Below, in pieces: positions 51,508 to 63,347 of a stretch of 64,000 bases of DNA. Position 1 is the first letter of the stretch; every line of letters begins with the position of its first letter. The translations under genes were made by a program, and so were the position numbers. This DNA is from Clytia hemisphaerica (Eukaryota), in the NCBI RefSeq assembly GCF_902728285.1, contig NW_027104472.1:935681-999680 (forward strand). Direction: 5' to 3'. Below the pieces are notes generated by a model. That model did not search any database. It saw only the letters and a list, made by a program, of their open reading frames with translations, and had not been told where the DNA came from.

Positions 51508-52717
51508 TTTATTCATAGAATTATATTTCACAGGTCTATCGACCTCTACGAAATAATTTAGATTTATAAATATTGTCTACTTCTTCATCTGTCGTCCAGT
51601 CGTCAGAAGATATGGGCAGAGAAGACGTTGTTTTGGTCTTTGTCCTAGGTTTTCGAACTAGGCGAATGTTTGCTCTAGGGCTTCCTCTTACATGCCAAAC
51701 GAAATCATCATTTTTTAAATTCATTTTATTCGCCTTTTGGCACATATCTTTAATAATTTTTCTTTCGTTGATGGTGAAGTCGTCTGTAATGCTAAAGCCA
51801 CCAATTTCATTGAATCGTTTCAGCTTATGCAGATTTTGCATTATCCGTTCTTTTTCCTCTATACTTTTTAAGATCAACTTGATTGGACGCCAATGTAGCC
51901 CTTTTCTGTTTTGTCCAATGCGATGATGGTGGGACGGTTTGATATCTTGGACGCCAATGTTACCTAGTATACCTTCAATATCTATTCTACCTTGTTCCTG
52001 TTGTTCCTCTTTGTTATCTACCTCTAATTCCACCATTCCATGTATAATAATATTTCGTTTTCTTGATTCGATGTCTCTGTCTTCATTCTTGTTTTCTTGT
52101 TGGTGTTCTCTCACTGCTGATTTGATATTATCCTTGGTTTCTTAGTTATTTCAGCGTATGTTTTTTCTGATGATTTTTCTATGTAATTCGTCGTTAGCTT
52201 TATTTCTTCTTTTATAATCTGCTTGTTTTTATTTCAAGTCAGCCATCTTATTGGTTAAGATGTTTTCGATATCGTTCTTAAGGCTGCGGTTCTTGGCTAG
52301 CTGGTTGTTGAGCTTTTTAATGACGTCGCCCTTCTTCTCAATCTCCCTCTGCATCATATGATACGAGTTCTCACCTATTTTACTCATTAGAGATCGTGTT
52401 ATCCGCACGCAATTCTGACATAGATATTGTTCGTTTTAAGTGTTGGCAAAAATTTGCAGCTGATAAAGCGGTAATTGTGTGCACTCGTAGTGTACCATGC
52501 GGTGGCATTTTCGGCATTTTAGACGGTTTTGGTCATCGTCATCTGAGCAGGAGGTGAGAGTGCATGTTTGGTTTTGTTTAGCTTCTTCAAATGGTTGTTT
52601 TTCTTGCTTTTTGTCGGTTTTTTCGTTCATGTTTTTGATTTTGCTAAATTTCAACCATTTTTGAAGAACTACACAAAATGCGTGTTGACTAACTGACGTC
52701 AAATAAAAATGTGGAAA
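51508..52717 (-). mobile_element. ORF1-only retroposon, copy B: intact 192-aa RRM/CTD ORF (52114-51536) with the upstream Cys/His ORF truncated (52702-52436). A-rich (TAAA)n-like tail at 51480-51510.
   Basis: Aligns end to end with copy A. The tail in reverse complement reads 'aataaataaataaaaaaaataaataa'. Confidence 0.7.
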
Positions 52718-52789
52718 TTACGTTTTTTTAACCATTTTCTGCGCATGTCCTTTGAGAAAACCACAAGCGATTTTTCGCTCAAAACTGTT

Positions 52790-53060
52790 TTGATGTATAG
52801 CTAACCTAGATATTAGGCTTTAATGTGAGCAGTCAAGCTGTAAGTTTCCGTCAGGTGAGGCGTCCCTTCGGAGCGGCCTCGGTCAATCGCAGTGAGTTCG
52901 CACGGTGAAGCACATAGGGTACTTGTGTCATAGTTTCAAATGGTGCCCTGCTGAGCTGTGTGAGTGATCTAAGATCAACCACGTATCTGTGCGAACAATA
53001 ACGAGAGATCGACCGGGAGCCATCGAGCCTAGGCTAGTGAGTGACTGTTCACAAAAACAA
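52790..53060. other. GC-rich island of about 270 bp and unknown function, immediately 5' of retroposon copy B
   Basis: Its composition contrasts sharply with the AT-rich flanks. No ORF. It does not match U1, U2, U4, U5, U6, 5S or 7SL as I remember them. Confidence 0.3.
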
Positions 53061-53097
53061 AAACCTTGTTTAAGATCTCTTTTTCCACATCTCTAAC

Positions 53098-53660
53098 ATC
53101 ACTTTTTGGATTTTGGCTTTATTCAACCTGAATTTTCGAAAATTCCAACCTTGTTTAGCTTGGATTTTGGCTTTTTTCGAACTGAATTTTAAAAAATTCC
53201 AACCTTGTTTAGCTTGGATATTGGCTTTTTTCCAACTGAATTTAAAAAAATTCCAACCTTGTTTTAATTTGGATTTTGGCTTTTTTCAACCTGGATTTTC
53301 GAAATTTCCAACCTTTCCAACCTTGTTTCGTTTGGATTTTGGCTTTTTTCCACCTGGATTTTCGAAGATTCCAACCTTGTTTGGTTTGGATAATTTAGCT
53401 TTTTTCCACCTGGATTTTTGAAAATTCCAACCTTGTTTAGCTTGGATTTTGGCTTTTTTCCAACTGAATTTAAAAAAAATCCAACCTTGTTAAATTTGGA
53501 TTTTGACTTTTTTTCAACCTGGATTTTTGAAAATTCCAAGCCATGGAAAATGCAAAATTTCCAACCTTGGAGAATGTCCCACATTTCCAGGTTGGATTTT
53601 CCATTGGATTTTATCTTTTTTCCAACTAAGAAAACTTGAAATTTCCAACCTTGGAAATCG
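53098..53660. repeat. Minisatellite with a 57-bp unit ('ttggattttggcttttttcaacctgaattttcgaaaattccaaccttgtttagc'), about 9 copies
   Basis: Direct repeats. Both overlapping ORFs (53113-53421 + and 53264-53584 -) are artefacts. Confidence 0.8.
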
Positions 53661-56600
53661 AAAATTTTTTCCTGTGGTTGTCCTCACTTACTAAAATAAA
53701 AACCAAATTTCGGAAGTTGCGCCCTCTCTAAGAAAGTGTGACCAGTAAAAGAATAACAAAATATGATTGGCTATGTTTTCAACCGTTATTAGGATCTGGG
53801 AAATTCAAACTCTCAGCCCATACCATGCTATATATTTCACCATCAGTATATAGAATAAGAAATCATAGCATGGATCTCCAGGCTATAACGGTCGAGGTTT
53901 GGGCACTTCATTTGATAAAAATCTTTCTTGAAAATGTTATTGCTAATTTTGGAAGGGATCGGCTCTAGTTAAAGGAAATTTCAACACCCTCATTAAAAAA
54001 AAAGCTAATGGAAAATTACGGGAATGGTTGACAACGCAAAATTCTTGTTAAATGTTGGCTTGTAAATAGAGATTAAAAATCTTCGATAAAAAATGAAGCT
54101 ATTTTGTGCTTTTATTCAAATATTTATAGACTTTATAGCTACCATTCCGGTACATTTACAATTTACGCCCTTTAAATAAGAGGGTTTCAGGTTAGTTCGG
54201 GTAAGTTGTGCAATTTCCGCCATTATGAAAAAAAGAATCAAAACATAAAACACATTTTCTTTACAGATCTTTATCATGTCTTTTTATAAGTATATTTATT
54301 CAGGGAAAAGGCTCAGTTATGTATGTTTGAAATCAAAGCTATGGTGTGATACTAATCCTCTGAGAAAAAATATATTCCTTTAAAACAGAAAAGAAAATTG
54401 AATCTTCTTATAAGTACAAAATTAATGACGACCAATGACCATACACGCTTTTTTTATAAGAATGGTGTAAATCCATTTCATCAATGGATATTCTTAACTT
54501 TTTTGGGGAAATAATCCTAAAATATTCTTACAACATTCTTAGGTTAGGATCCTAATTGACAATATATAATTGAAAATGCTCTAAAAATGGCATTCTTAGC
54601 TTGAGTAGCAAAATTCTATGATGGTGATATTCTTAGCATATTCTTAATTTTTTGGTCATTTTCATCATGGACATTCTTATAAAGTGTATTCTTATAAAAA
54701 AAAGAAGCGTGTATGCTTTTTTTCACCAAATCCAGCTCTTAATATGTTTACCTTATAACTGTAACTTAACAAAACATGACATACCTCTATAATGCAAATT
54801 GAATATATCCATACATAGTAGAAATTGGCGAGGGCTTCAAAATTTCAAGAATTCAGGTGGGCTAATTTGAAAGAAGATGGATGGGTGGCTTAATAATCAC
54901 TCGATAATCAGATAGATTTAGCTATGAGGAGGCCCCAAATGGTTTGTACGATATGGCGTGATCCCAAAACTCTTTGGTGTGATGGCGTGATAAATTGAAA
55001 GCGTAATCGATTTGGGATATTTTTCGTTTTCTTTTTTGTAATTTTGAGAGCAAAAAGTTTGGTGTGTTATCACCCGTCATCACAGAGGGTTGCCACTGGG
55101 CCCACTGGGCCTCAATAGGAGAGGTGATTTCCTTGGGTTTAGGCTGAAGCAGTGTTGCCCACTATGTACACGTTTTTTTAATAAATTTAAAAACATCCAA
55201 AAAATTTGAAGCCTTCTGATGTTCTTAACTTTTTGAGTTTTAAGCCTAAAGGTGTACTTACTTTAACGGTTTTCTGAGTAGTTTTGCCCATAATCCCACA
55301 TCCCCTGATTTTCCTAAGAAATCCGGTGTTTTAGAGTCCATAAAGCCTTAAAATGTTCTTTACTTGTTCTTTATATTTTGGCCATCGAAGCCTTAACGTA
55401 ATGAAAGCGTGTAATGAAAAAAATGGCTGCATCACTAACAAATTTTACAATAATTCACATTACAATACCATTACAGTTGCCTCTCTCTAATTCGAATTAG
55501 ATAAAGATTCGAATTATAGAGAACATTTTAAACTACTTTTCATCTACAGAGACCAATGTTTTAGTTCGAATTATAGAAAGAATCGGACTATAGAGGTTTG
55601 AAATACTTACTCTGATGAAAGAATAAATAATTTATTTAAAGTTATTCACTTTCAAACACTTGCAAGAACAGGTATCACACGGGAAAAGTGAGCGTAGGAG
55701 TTAGGTAATCGTAGGAAGAATTTGTCAGCTTCAAAGGCTGAAAGCTAAGTTAATTAGCAGCTTCTCATCAAGTTTTTCTCGCTCTCCTAAGCAGCTCATA
55801 TTCTAGCAAACGCCCACCGCCTTTATGTCCCCGCCCTTTGACATGATTAATTCACAGACTAGTTTACTAGTCTAGCAAGAACATACGTTATTCCCCGTTT
55901 TTTCGAGTTGCGTTGCTGTCACACCTCGGGTTATTTATGGTGTATGTCTTTAAAATTACCATAATTTTGAGGTTGCATTAAACGACCGAAAATGATCAAA
56001 CAAAATGATTGAACATGGAGGGTGGTACAATGATGTAGTTCATAACCGACCTGGGCATGTGCTCATTTTCGCGAAAAACTGTAATAACTGATTATGATAT
56101 TATACTGTAAAAAACTAAAGTATGTTCCAAAAAAATTGGCATTACGCGCATGCGTACTTGATGCATATCTCCTAAAGGAGATAAGAATTCGATGTATTAC
56201 CTCGATACAACGACGACTTCAAGCGAATGATTTTTTTCAAAATGTGAATGGGTATTTTCGGTTGCGTGAATGCGTGAATCTTGGCTATTTTGTGCGTGAA
56301 TACGTGAATTTTCCCTTTTTTCCACCGATTATGTGCAGTTTCCCCGATTTTCCAATGTTTTTTCAATTTTCTAAAAATCGTGTTATTGCGTGAAACTCGA
56401 AGAAAATTTGCGTGATTGCGTGAATTGAGGGTCCGCTGGGGGGGGGGTTGCTCCTGAATATCGCTGATTCCAAATACATTTTCAAGATTTTTCATATCCA
56501 TCTTGGATAAAAAAAATAGAGCCCTCCCAACGTGGGCCTATTTCGCCCATTTTTGGCTATTTTTAGCCATTTTTAGCCTACGTCAAAATTTATAAAAATA

Positions 56601-58029
56601 AGAACATGTTAAGAACAATTTTAGACTTGAAACCCGAAAAGTTAAGAATGTCTGAAGGCTTCAAAAATTTTGGATGTTCTTATAAAAGAATGAGTATTCG
56701 AGACCATTGTTCTACTGTAGAGATTTCAAAATCAACAGTTTTCTAGTCATAATTATGATTTTCTAATCCTGGAAACACTTTTTATTTCCTTTTCACGCTG
56801 AAAATAACTGGTCGAATTTTTTTGCAATATTACTCTTAAATATATTAAATATAACTAAAGTAGATGAAGAGGGAATTTTTAATTGGTAAATTACACTTCT
56901 CAATAATTGACGTGATAAGGGTAGAAAATGTCTCTTTGATAAAATGTTATATTCAAAATATAGACATTTCTACTGTTACGCCCTTCAACCGTCAACACCG
57001 CTTTTGTTTTTCGAAATTCGGAATCAGGCTTTTTAACAAAGGAAATAAGGAAGAAAAAGAAAAATCAAGTGGGTTCATATTAGAAAGATAAGGGATGTTA
57101 AAATTTCAACCCCCCAACTTCCTTTTTAAGAGCTTCAGCCAATCTAGAACACAAATGTTGTTTCGACGTTTATCTGACGTCCGTAATGTTACATGAACGT
57201 TCAATTAACGTTGTGTGCTATGTTGGTATGGAGCATAACCCTTATCAGGTAACAATCTTCTTTCTAAAGGGCTTAGCACATAGTTAAGTGACTTTTGACG
57301 TGAATTTTGGACGCGACAATAAGCTTTTTTTTGAAAAAAGGTGATGTCTTGAAGCCACAAGAAAGTTTCTAAAAATTTTTTGCGTTTTTAAGAGTTCTTT
57401 TGATTTAGAGGGTGTTAAATTTTTAAATTTTATTTTAAAGGATTATTTTTTAGCAAAATAAATTTTACAATAGATAGGTGTTCTGCACTTTCATAAAAAT
57501 GCCACCTTGAGATAATTTTAATTTACCTTTTATAACCACCTGCCACTAAATCTTACGTGTGTTTTTTTTTCAAAAGTATAAATTTTGTCTTTTAAAGTTT
57601 TAGGTTTCTTTTGAGCACTGGCAAAGGTCAGAGTGGTTCAAACGAGTCAGTTTGCTTTACTCAAAGAAAGAAAGAAGAGAAGGTGAGATTTTCACTACGT
57701 TTTTTTTTATTTGAAGCCTTCGAGTTCGAAAAGTTCCCGGAGGGGAGGGGGTACTTGCGGACCTTAAGGGTATATTTTTTACCATTTCAGGCAAAATATG
57801 GTCAGATTTTCGAAATTTTACACACTTAGAGTGCAATTTTTCTCATCTTTGCACATTTCGACCCTTATAGTGCACTTTGGGAAGGAAAATGAAAATCTTT
57901 GGGTTGAGTTAAAAGAGGGGGTGCCATGCTTGATACCCCTCTGCCCACTATGGTACTAACATGTTTCAAATAGTGACTACCTTGAGTGCCGGTTACTCAA
58001 GACCACTAAACAGGGCAGAATAGGGCCCT

Positions 58030-58250
58030 ATCGGGGGTGGTGTCAACCTGCCAATAATCAAATACACTTAGTACTAAGGGATACTAGGTGAAAATAGGGT
58101 TGGTCTCAACCTACCAGTAGTCAAATGCACTTTGTACTTTGGGGTACTAAGTGTGATAAGGGGTGGTGTCAATCTGTCAATAGTCAAATGCACTTAGTAC
58201 TTTTGGGTACTAACTGCTAAAGGGTGGTGGGTGTACTCTCAAATTTTCAA
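58030..58250. repeat. Three tandem units of about 62 bp ('tcaacctgccaatagtcaaatgcacttagtac...'). 'cccttacagtgca' mini-repeats occur nearby at 57830-58700.
   Basis: Direct repeats read from the sequence. Confidence 0.6.
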
Positions 58251-59712
58251 TTTTGCAGTTAGTCATCATGATGTCTGGTACCAACTGCATCACCCCCCTG
58301 AATGGTGGACCCTCTTCAATCAAAAATAAATATGACAGCCTAACTTGGCTATCATATCCAAGTTAGGCCATAATCGGCCAACATAGCCTAATTTCCCGGA
58401 TGGGCACTGGGTTTGCGGACTGACGGTATGTGCGGGCCAACAATTGGCTTTTAAAATTGCACCCTTACAGTGCAGCAAAAATCAGCGAAAATCATACCCT
58501 TAGGGTGCATTTTTCCCCAAATTTTCGATCCCTTTCGTGTAAAAAACGGTCAAAATTCTAGCATTTTTAGTCAAAATATCTAGATTGTTCAAGAATTTTC
58601 TGAAATTTCTACCCTTAAAGTGCATCTCTAGTTTTTCCGACCCTTACAGTGCATTTAAAACATATTCGAAAAGGTACCCTTAGGACCCGCACATACCCGT
58701 CGGTCCTTTTGCCCAGCTGCCCCCCGGGCCTAATTTTCAATAGTTCCTGATTGTCAATGGTTTAGACTTGATTTTTCTTTGCGTCAAAGACTTTTTTACA
58801 AAAGATAAATTACTTTAAGATTTAGTCTTTTGATAGGCTTCTGCTCATGCTCTAGCGAAAAGGGTTTCTTATATATAAGGAAATATATCTATAGAGGTCT
58901 GTGATTCAGACTAGTCCTTTGAAGAATATGACCTCAATCCAAGATCTCCACAAAAAACGTCTTCATTCGGAAATTTGATTTTATTATAAGGCAAGGGAGT
59001 TGGCGTTCGAATCAATAATTCAAGGACTAACCCCCTAAAGCTAAAGAGCTCGATTAATAAAATTTTTCCAACGTGTGAGGGATTTTGTATACTTGAGGAC
59101 TGTATATTTAAATGATTTTTACAACACAGCTTGCGGTCAGCCAGCTTCTGCTAACAACACATCTCCTATCCCCACATATCTACTTATCTACCTATTGTAC
59201 TCCTCCCGAGTTGAGAATTAAGTTTTTTTTATCACAATCTTGACTTTTCATATCTTCACATCTTCCGTCAAGGATCATCACGCAGCCAATGTGTGTTTTG
59301 GCTTTGCGCCAATGGATCCTTTTCTGAAATTTCAAGACGCTTTGGAGTCATATTTTCATATGTGACTTCATTATAAAATCATTTTTTCTTTTGAAAAGTT
59401 TTATTTTTAAAGGTTTCAGTTAAACGTGTGATTGGTATTCGAATCCATTATTGAGATCCTGACCCATTCAACCAAAAGCTCGACGAATCCACACTTTAAA
59501 CCTGCGTATAACCATCGCCGACAAGTAAAGTAGCCTCCAGTTTTTTGGGAGCTAAATAGAAAATAAAGTAAAATATTTTAGCTTCACCCGTAACTATAAT
59601 TAACCATTTTGGAGCTAAATTGCAAGAGAAAATCATAACCGCCCCTGTTACACATTCATCGACCACTTTGCATTCATCGCCATTATCACCAACGCAACAA
59701 CATCCTTTTATA

Positions 59713-59964
59713 ATGTCTGGCAAAAAGCAAATGAGTGCATACAGTGATGCTATCTACACAACTGTTACACCAATATTGGGTGGAGTTGTCGTCATTCTTA
59801 ATTCTCTTGAGTTATTTATGATTATGAAAATGCAGAAAAAGAAACGTTCTAAAGTCACCAATTCCTTCATCTTCATCACAAATTTGTGTGTTTCGGATAT
59901 CATGGTTGGAATTGTGATGATTATATTGAAATCAATGGACCCTTATATGAAAACCGATTTGAAG
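59713..59964 (+). CDS. Class-A (rhodopsin-like) GPCR exon 1: N-terminus, TM1 and TM2 (MSGKKQMSAYSDAIYTTVTPILGGVVVILNSLELFMI...NLCVSDIMVGIVMI...KTDLK)
   Basis: TM1 Asn and the TM2 'LCVSD' Asp motif are present. Donor gtgagt at 59965. The track ORF uses a TTG start; the true start is likely ATG 59713 or 59731. Confidence 0.75.
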
Positions 59965-60429
59965 GTGAGTGTGTTTCTTTACACGATTTTTTTATAAGAG
60001 CATCAAAAACTTTTGAAGCTTTAGGGTGTTCTTAACTTTTTGGGTTTAAAGCCTAAAAATGTTCTTAAAATGTTCTTAATAAGTCACAATCTTGTGACCA
60101 TTTTTATTACCCATATTCCTAAGAAAACGGGTGTTTTTGATTCCACAAAGCCTTTAAATTTTCTTAACTTGTTCTTAACATTTTGGCTATCGAAGCCTTA
60201 TATTCTTATTCCTATTATAGTTTGTTTTTATAAAATGAACTAATTTCAATTTGCTTTAACTTGGTCTCTACATAATAGCCAAATGGAATTCACACTTAAC
60301 TCTAAACATGGACTCTTTCATTCTAGGAGAGTTCTCTAATGGACAGAAGAACGGGGATCGCCCTTTTTTAGAGATGATTTGAAAAATTCGTCGGGTTTAA
60401 TGACCCCCCATTTTATCACCTTTACACGT

Positions 60430-60675
60430 TTTTTTTTTTTTTTTTAAAGAAACCACTTTTAAGAAACTGAGGCTCAGAAGCTAAAAACTTGGAAACACAT
60501 AAGAAATGCTGAGGCTGGAATGAGAAATTCATTTTTTAACTCGGTTTTTAGAACCTTCCAATCTTTGCATGAAAAATAGGCTTTATTGTCAAAAGTTCAT
60601 CTTTAAGGTCCCGATTTCTTAAGAAACATTGAGGCTGCTTGGTAAAACTAGTTTCTTAAAAAAAAACGTGTATGT
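60430..60675. mobile_element. MITE in GPCR intron 1 (TIR 'ACACGTTTTTTTT...AAGAAAC')
   Basis: Inverted ends at 60430 and 60675. Confidence 0.5.
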
Positions 60676-60895
60676 TACAAAGTGCCAAAATTGGTTAAAA
60701 ACCTTCACTTTCCTCGGGATATTTATCAAAATCAGATCAATAGCACTTAATTATGACCTCCCCCCATTTTGTTGATTTTTATCTGGAATATCCAAACCCT
60801 GCTTATTCTACCTCCCCTACAAATAAGCACACAAGAGTACTGGAGGTCAAAACTTTGGCAATAGAGGTTGCTAATAAAGATTTCTTTTTTCATAG

Positions 60896-61122
60896 GACGA
60901 CAATACAGCTAAAGAATTTTACGGTATTTTGAAGCACGTCTTTATTCGCCTCTCATTGTTTATATCCATTTTCAACCTTTTGGCCCTGACGCTGGATCGA
61001 TATTTGGCTATTACCGGCCCCCTGAAACATCGCAAGCGAGGGAAATCATTTGTGTACAAGATGATCGCTGCAGTTTGGTTTTTCAGTTTGGCATGTGTCA
61101 TTCTCATCTATTGTATTTCGAG
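60896..61122 (+). CDS. GPCR exon 2: TM3 and TM4 (DDNTAKEFYGILKHVFIRLSLFISIFNLLALTLDRYLAITGPLKHRKRGKSFVYKMIAAVWFFSLACVILIYCIS-R)
   Basis: DRY motif. cattag/catag acceptor and gtatgg donor. Phase 2. Confidence 0.8.
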
Positions 61123-61500
61123 GTATGGGCTTTAATTGAATGAAGTGAATCTCCTTGGTAGAATTTAAAGCCATTAAATCCTACCAAAGTCACACGGCCC
61201 ATCGCGGTCCGCATACCTTTTACGCAAATGCCGGATTGAAAGTAAAACCGCCAGATTTTCAAAAATGTACCACTCAAAAACAAAGAAATCTCTAGATTCA
61301 ATCCATCATCAAAAAGACTGCTCATTTTAAAGGCTTCACTTTTTCTTGCTTTAGAAAGGTTGAAGATTCACTTCTAGCCCTTTGGGCTTATACTTCATTG
61401 TCTATAACTAGCATGGGGAACACAAATCTGTTCGACTCATGGACATTTTGAATTATTGAAATTTGACGCATCTATAAAAAAATCTGATTTTATTTTACAG

Positions 61501-61732
61501 GTTCGAGCTGAGCAATGTTGAAAAGTACAACAATATGGTGTTCCCAATCTCCTCGTACACAACAAGTGTTGTTTTCGTTTTCTGTTATTCCTTCATATAC
61601 AAGGTGGTCCGCGATTCAAGCACTAAAGACATTGCACGATCTAAGTCAACATATGTGAAAAGTCGCAAACGTTCGTCCACCTCCACTTCCGAACAAACAG
61701 AAAAAGATCAGAAATCACCTATTAAACAGGAG
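61501..61732 (+). CDS. GPCR exon 3: ECL2, TM5 and ICL3 (FELSNVEKYNNMVFPISSYTTSVVFVFCYSFIYKVVRDSSTKD...SPIKQE)
   Basis: ttttacag acceptor and gtaata donor. Hydrophobic TM5 is followed by a basic ICL3. Confidence 0.8.
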
Positions 61733-61844
61733 GTAATATTTCATTGTTTTTGTTACACCCAAATGTCGACTGCACAAATTCTTCACTTTTCATACAAAGT
61801 TCGTAAAATCCTGACATGGTATTTACAATCATAACTTTGTATTT

Positions 61845-62125
61845 ACATGTTTTTTTTTTTTATAAGCATACAAAAATCCGAAAACAGGCTCAGAGATGCT
61901 TAGGTTAAAAGCTTAATGAGGCTGAAAAATGCTTGAGGGGATGCTTAAATCTAAAGCATAAATTCAGGGAAATACTGAAAATCCGTGAAATTCCAGCCAA
62001 AAAAAGCCAAAATCAGGAAAAAAATATTTTTATAGGCTCAAGCAATGCTTGCCATATGCTTAATTTTTCCCCATATCTGAGCCTAGATATGCTTATAAGT
62101 GCAATGCTTATAAAAAAAAACATGT
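61845..62125. mobile_element. MITE in GPCR intron 3 (TIR 'TACATGTTTTTTTTTTATAAGCAT')
   Basis: Inverted ends at 61845-61870 and 62100-62125. Confidence 0.55.
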
Positions 62126-62398
62126 ATGACTTAATTCTTTGACTTTATCCAAAAGGGTGCACGTTTTTAGAAAACACCCATTGTAAACTCACAAACAATA
62201 GTGTTCAATTTTATCATTATTGTGGACAAATATTATAGTTGCTCTTGTTATATGTTGTTATAACCCTTCACTCTGTCTCGAGATACTTAACATATATTTC
62301 CTCTGTTTGACCATGGAGGTAGAAAAACCGGAGTTGAATTTGTCGGTAATTGATCTGATCAATTGATAAGTGTAATAAAATATTAACTTTTTTTTCAG

Positions 62399-62632
62399 AT
62401 AAAACTTTTGCGTCTTGCTATTCTAACTGTCGGTGTGTTTTGCATCTGCTGGCTCCCATTTTCGACATGCAATCTTCTGATCGCCGCTGGCCGCTCGTGC
62501 GGTGGAAAAGATGTTGAGCGGACGCTCTTCACGTTGGCATTTTTCAATTCCGTGCTGAACCCAATTGTTTACTTTTTAAACAATTTGAAATACGTGAAAG
62601 AATTTATCAAAGGAGAAAAGGCAAAGAAGTAA
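62399..62632 (+). CDS. GPCR exon 4: TM6, TM7 and helix 8 (IKLLRLAILTVGVFCICWLPF...FFNSVLNPIVYFLNNLKYVKEFIKGEKAKK*)
   Basis: CWLP and NPxxY motifs. The TAA stop at 62630-62632 overlaps a consensus donor AAG|gtaagt. Confidence 0.8.
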   Translation: MKLLRLAILTVGVFCICWLPFSTCNLLIAAGRSCGGKDVERTLFTLAFFNSVLNPIVYFLNNLKYVKEFIKGEKAKK

Positions 62633-63269
62633 GTAATAATCCTACCTGAAATAACGATGGTGGATTGATGGCCGCCCACGTTAAAGTTTTAAAGAGGATC
62701 GGGCCAATTCCCCATCAGAGAGGCATGATAATGGGTCTTTGATGTGCCGCATCTCCACTCGGGTTCAACGGTCCTTGCGTGTAAACCTGAAAATACTTAG
62801 GTTAGACTGTATGCAATAACCGTCCCCATCCAATTTTCCTTTATCCTTTAACTGCAAATTATGGCCTTAAAAGCAACAAAGCATAATAATGGGCTATTCC
62901 AGAAATAGTCTGTACCCCCTATGTTGAAGAGGTGTGACGTCCAGAGGGTCTGGTTTTTCGAGTGTAAAAATCTAGGGTGGTCAGCAGAATAAGGTGGAAA
63001 ATCCAGGGTGGTCAATAAAACGAGATCCAAAACCCAGGGTTGTGGTGGTGATCCAAAAAGTGAGAAAAAAATTGCAAATGGGTCCTGAAAAGTTGAAAAA
63101 AATCCAGGGGGTCAACTTCCCCAAAAAACCCTCTTCGACAAAGGGGCACAATTATTTTTCAGGAATAGCCTACTGTTGGAAAGCTGAAAATGTAATAATG
63201 TAATCTATTGTTTTCTATGGAAAAGTCCATCATATAGGATTTGTATTACTTCTAATAAAAAATTCTTTA

Positions 63270-63347
63270 TATATTCAGATATTCCACCGTTTCAAGTCGT
63301 ACTCAAATCACCAAAGCAAGATCAGAAACCACGACAACGATGGATTC
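63270..63347 (+). CDS. Possible alternative GPCR C-terminal exon (IFHRFKSYSNHQSKIRNHDNDGFNQS*), used only if the 62629|62630 donor is spliced
   Basis: tatattcag acceptor. Open frame in phase 0. Speculative. Confidence 0.2.

Noticed and set aside
53113-53584. Overlapping 102-aa (+) and 106-aa (-) ORFs
   Set aside because: Both are read-through of the 57-bp minisatellite and give periodic peptide repeats (FQPCLAWILAFF...).
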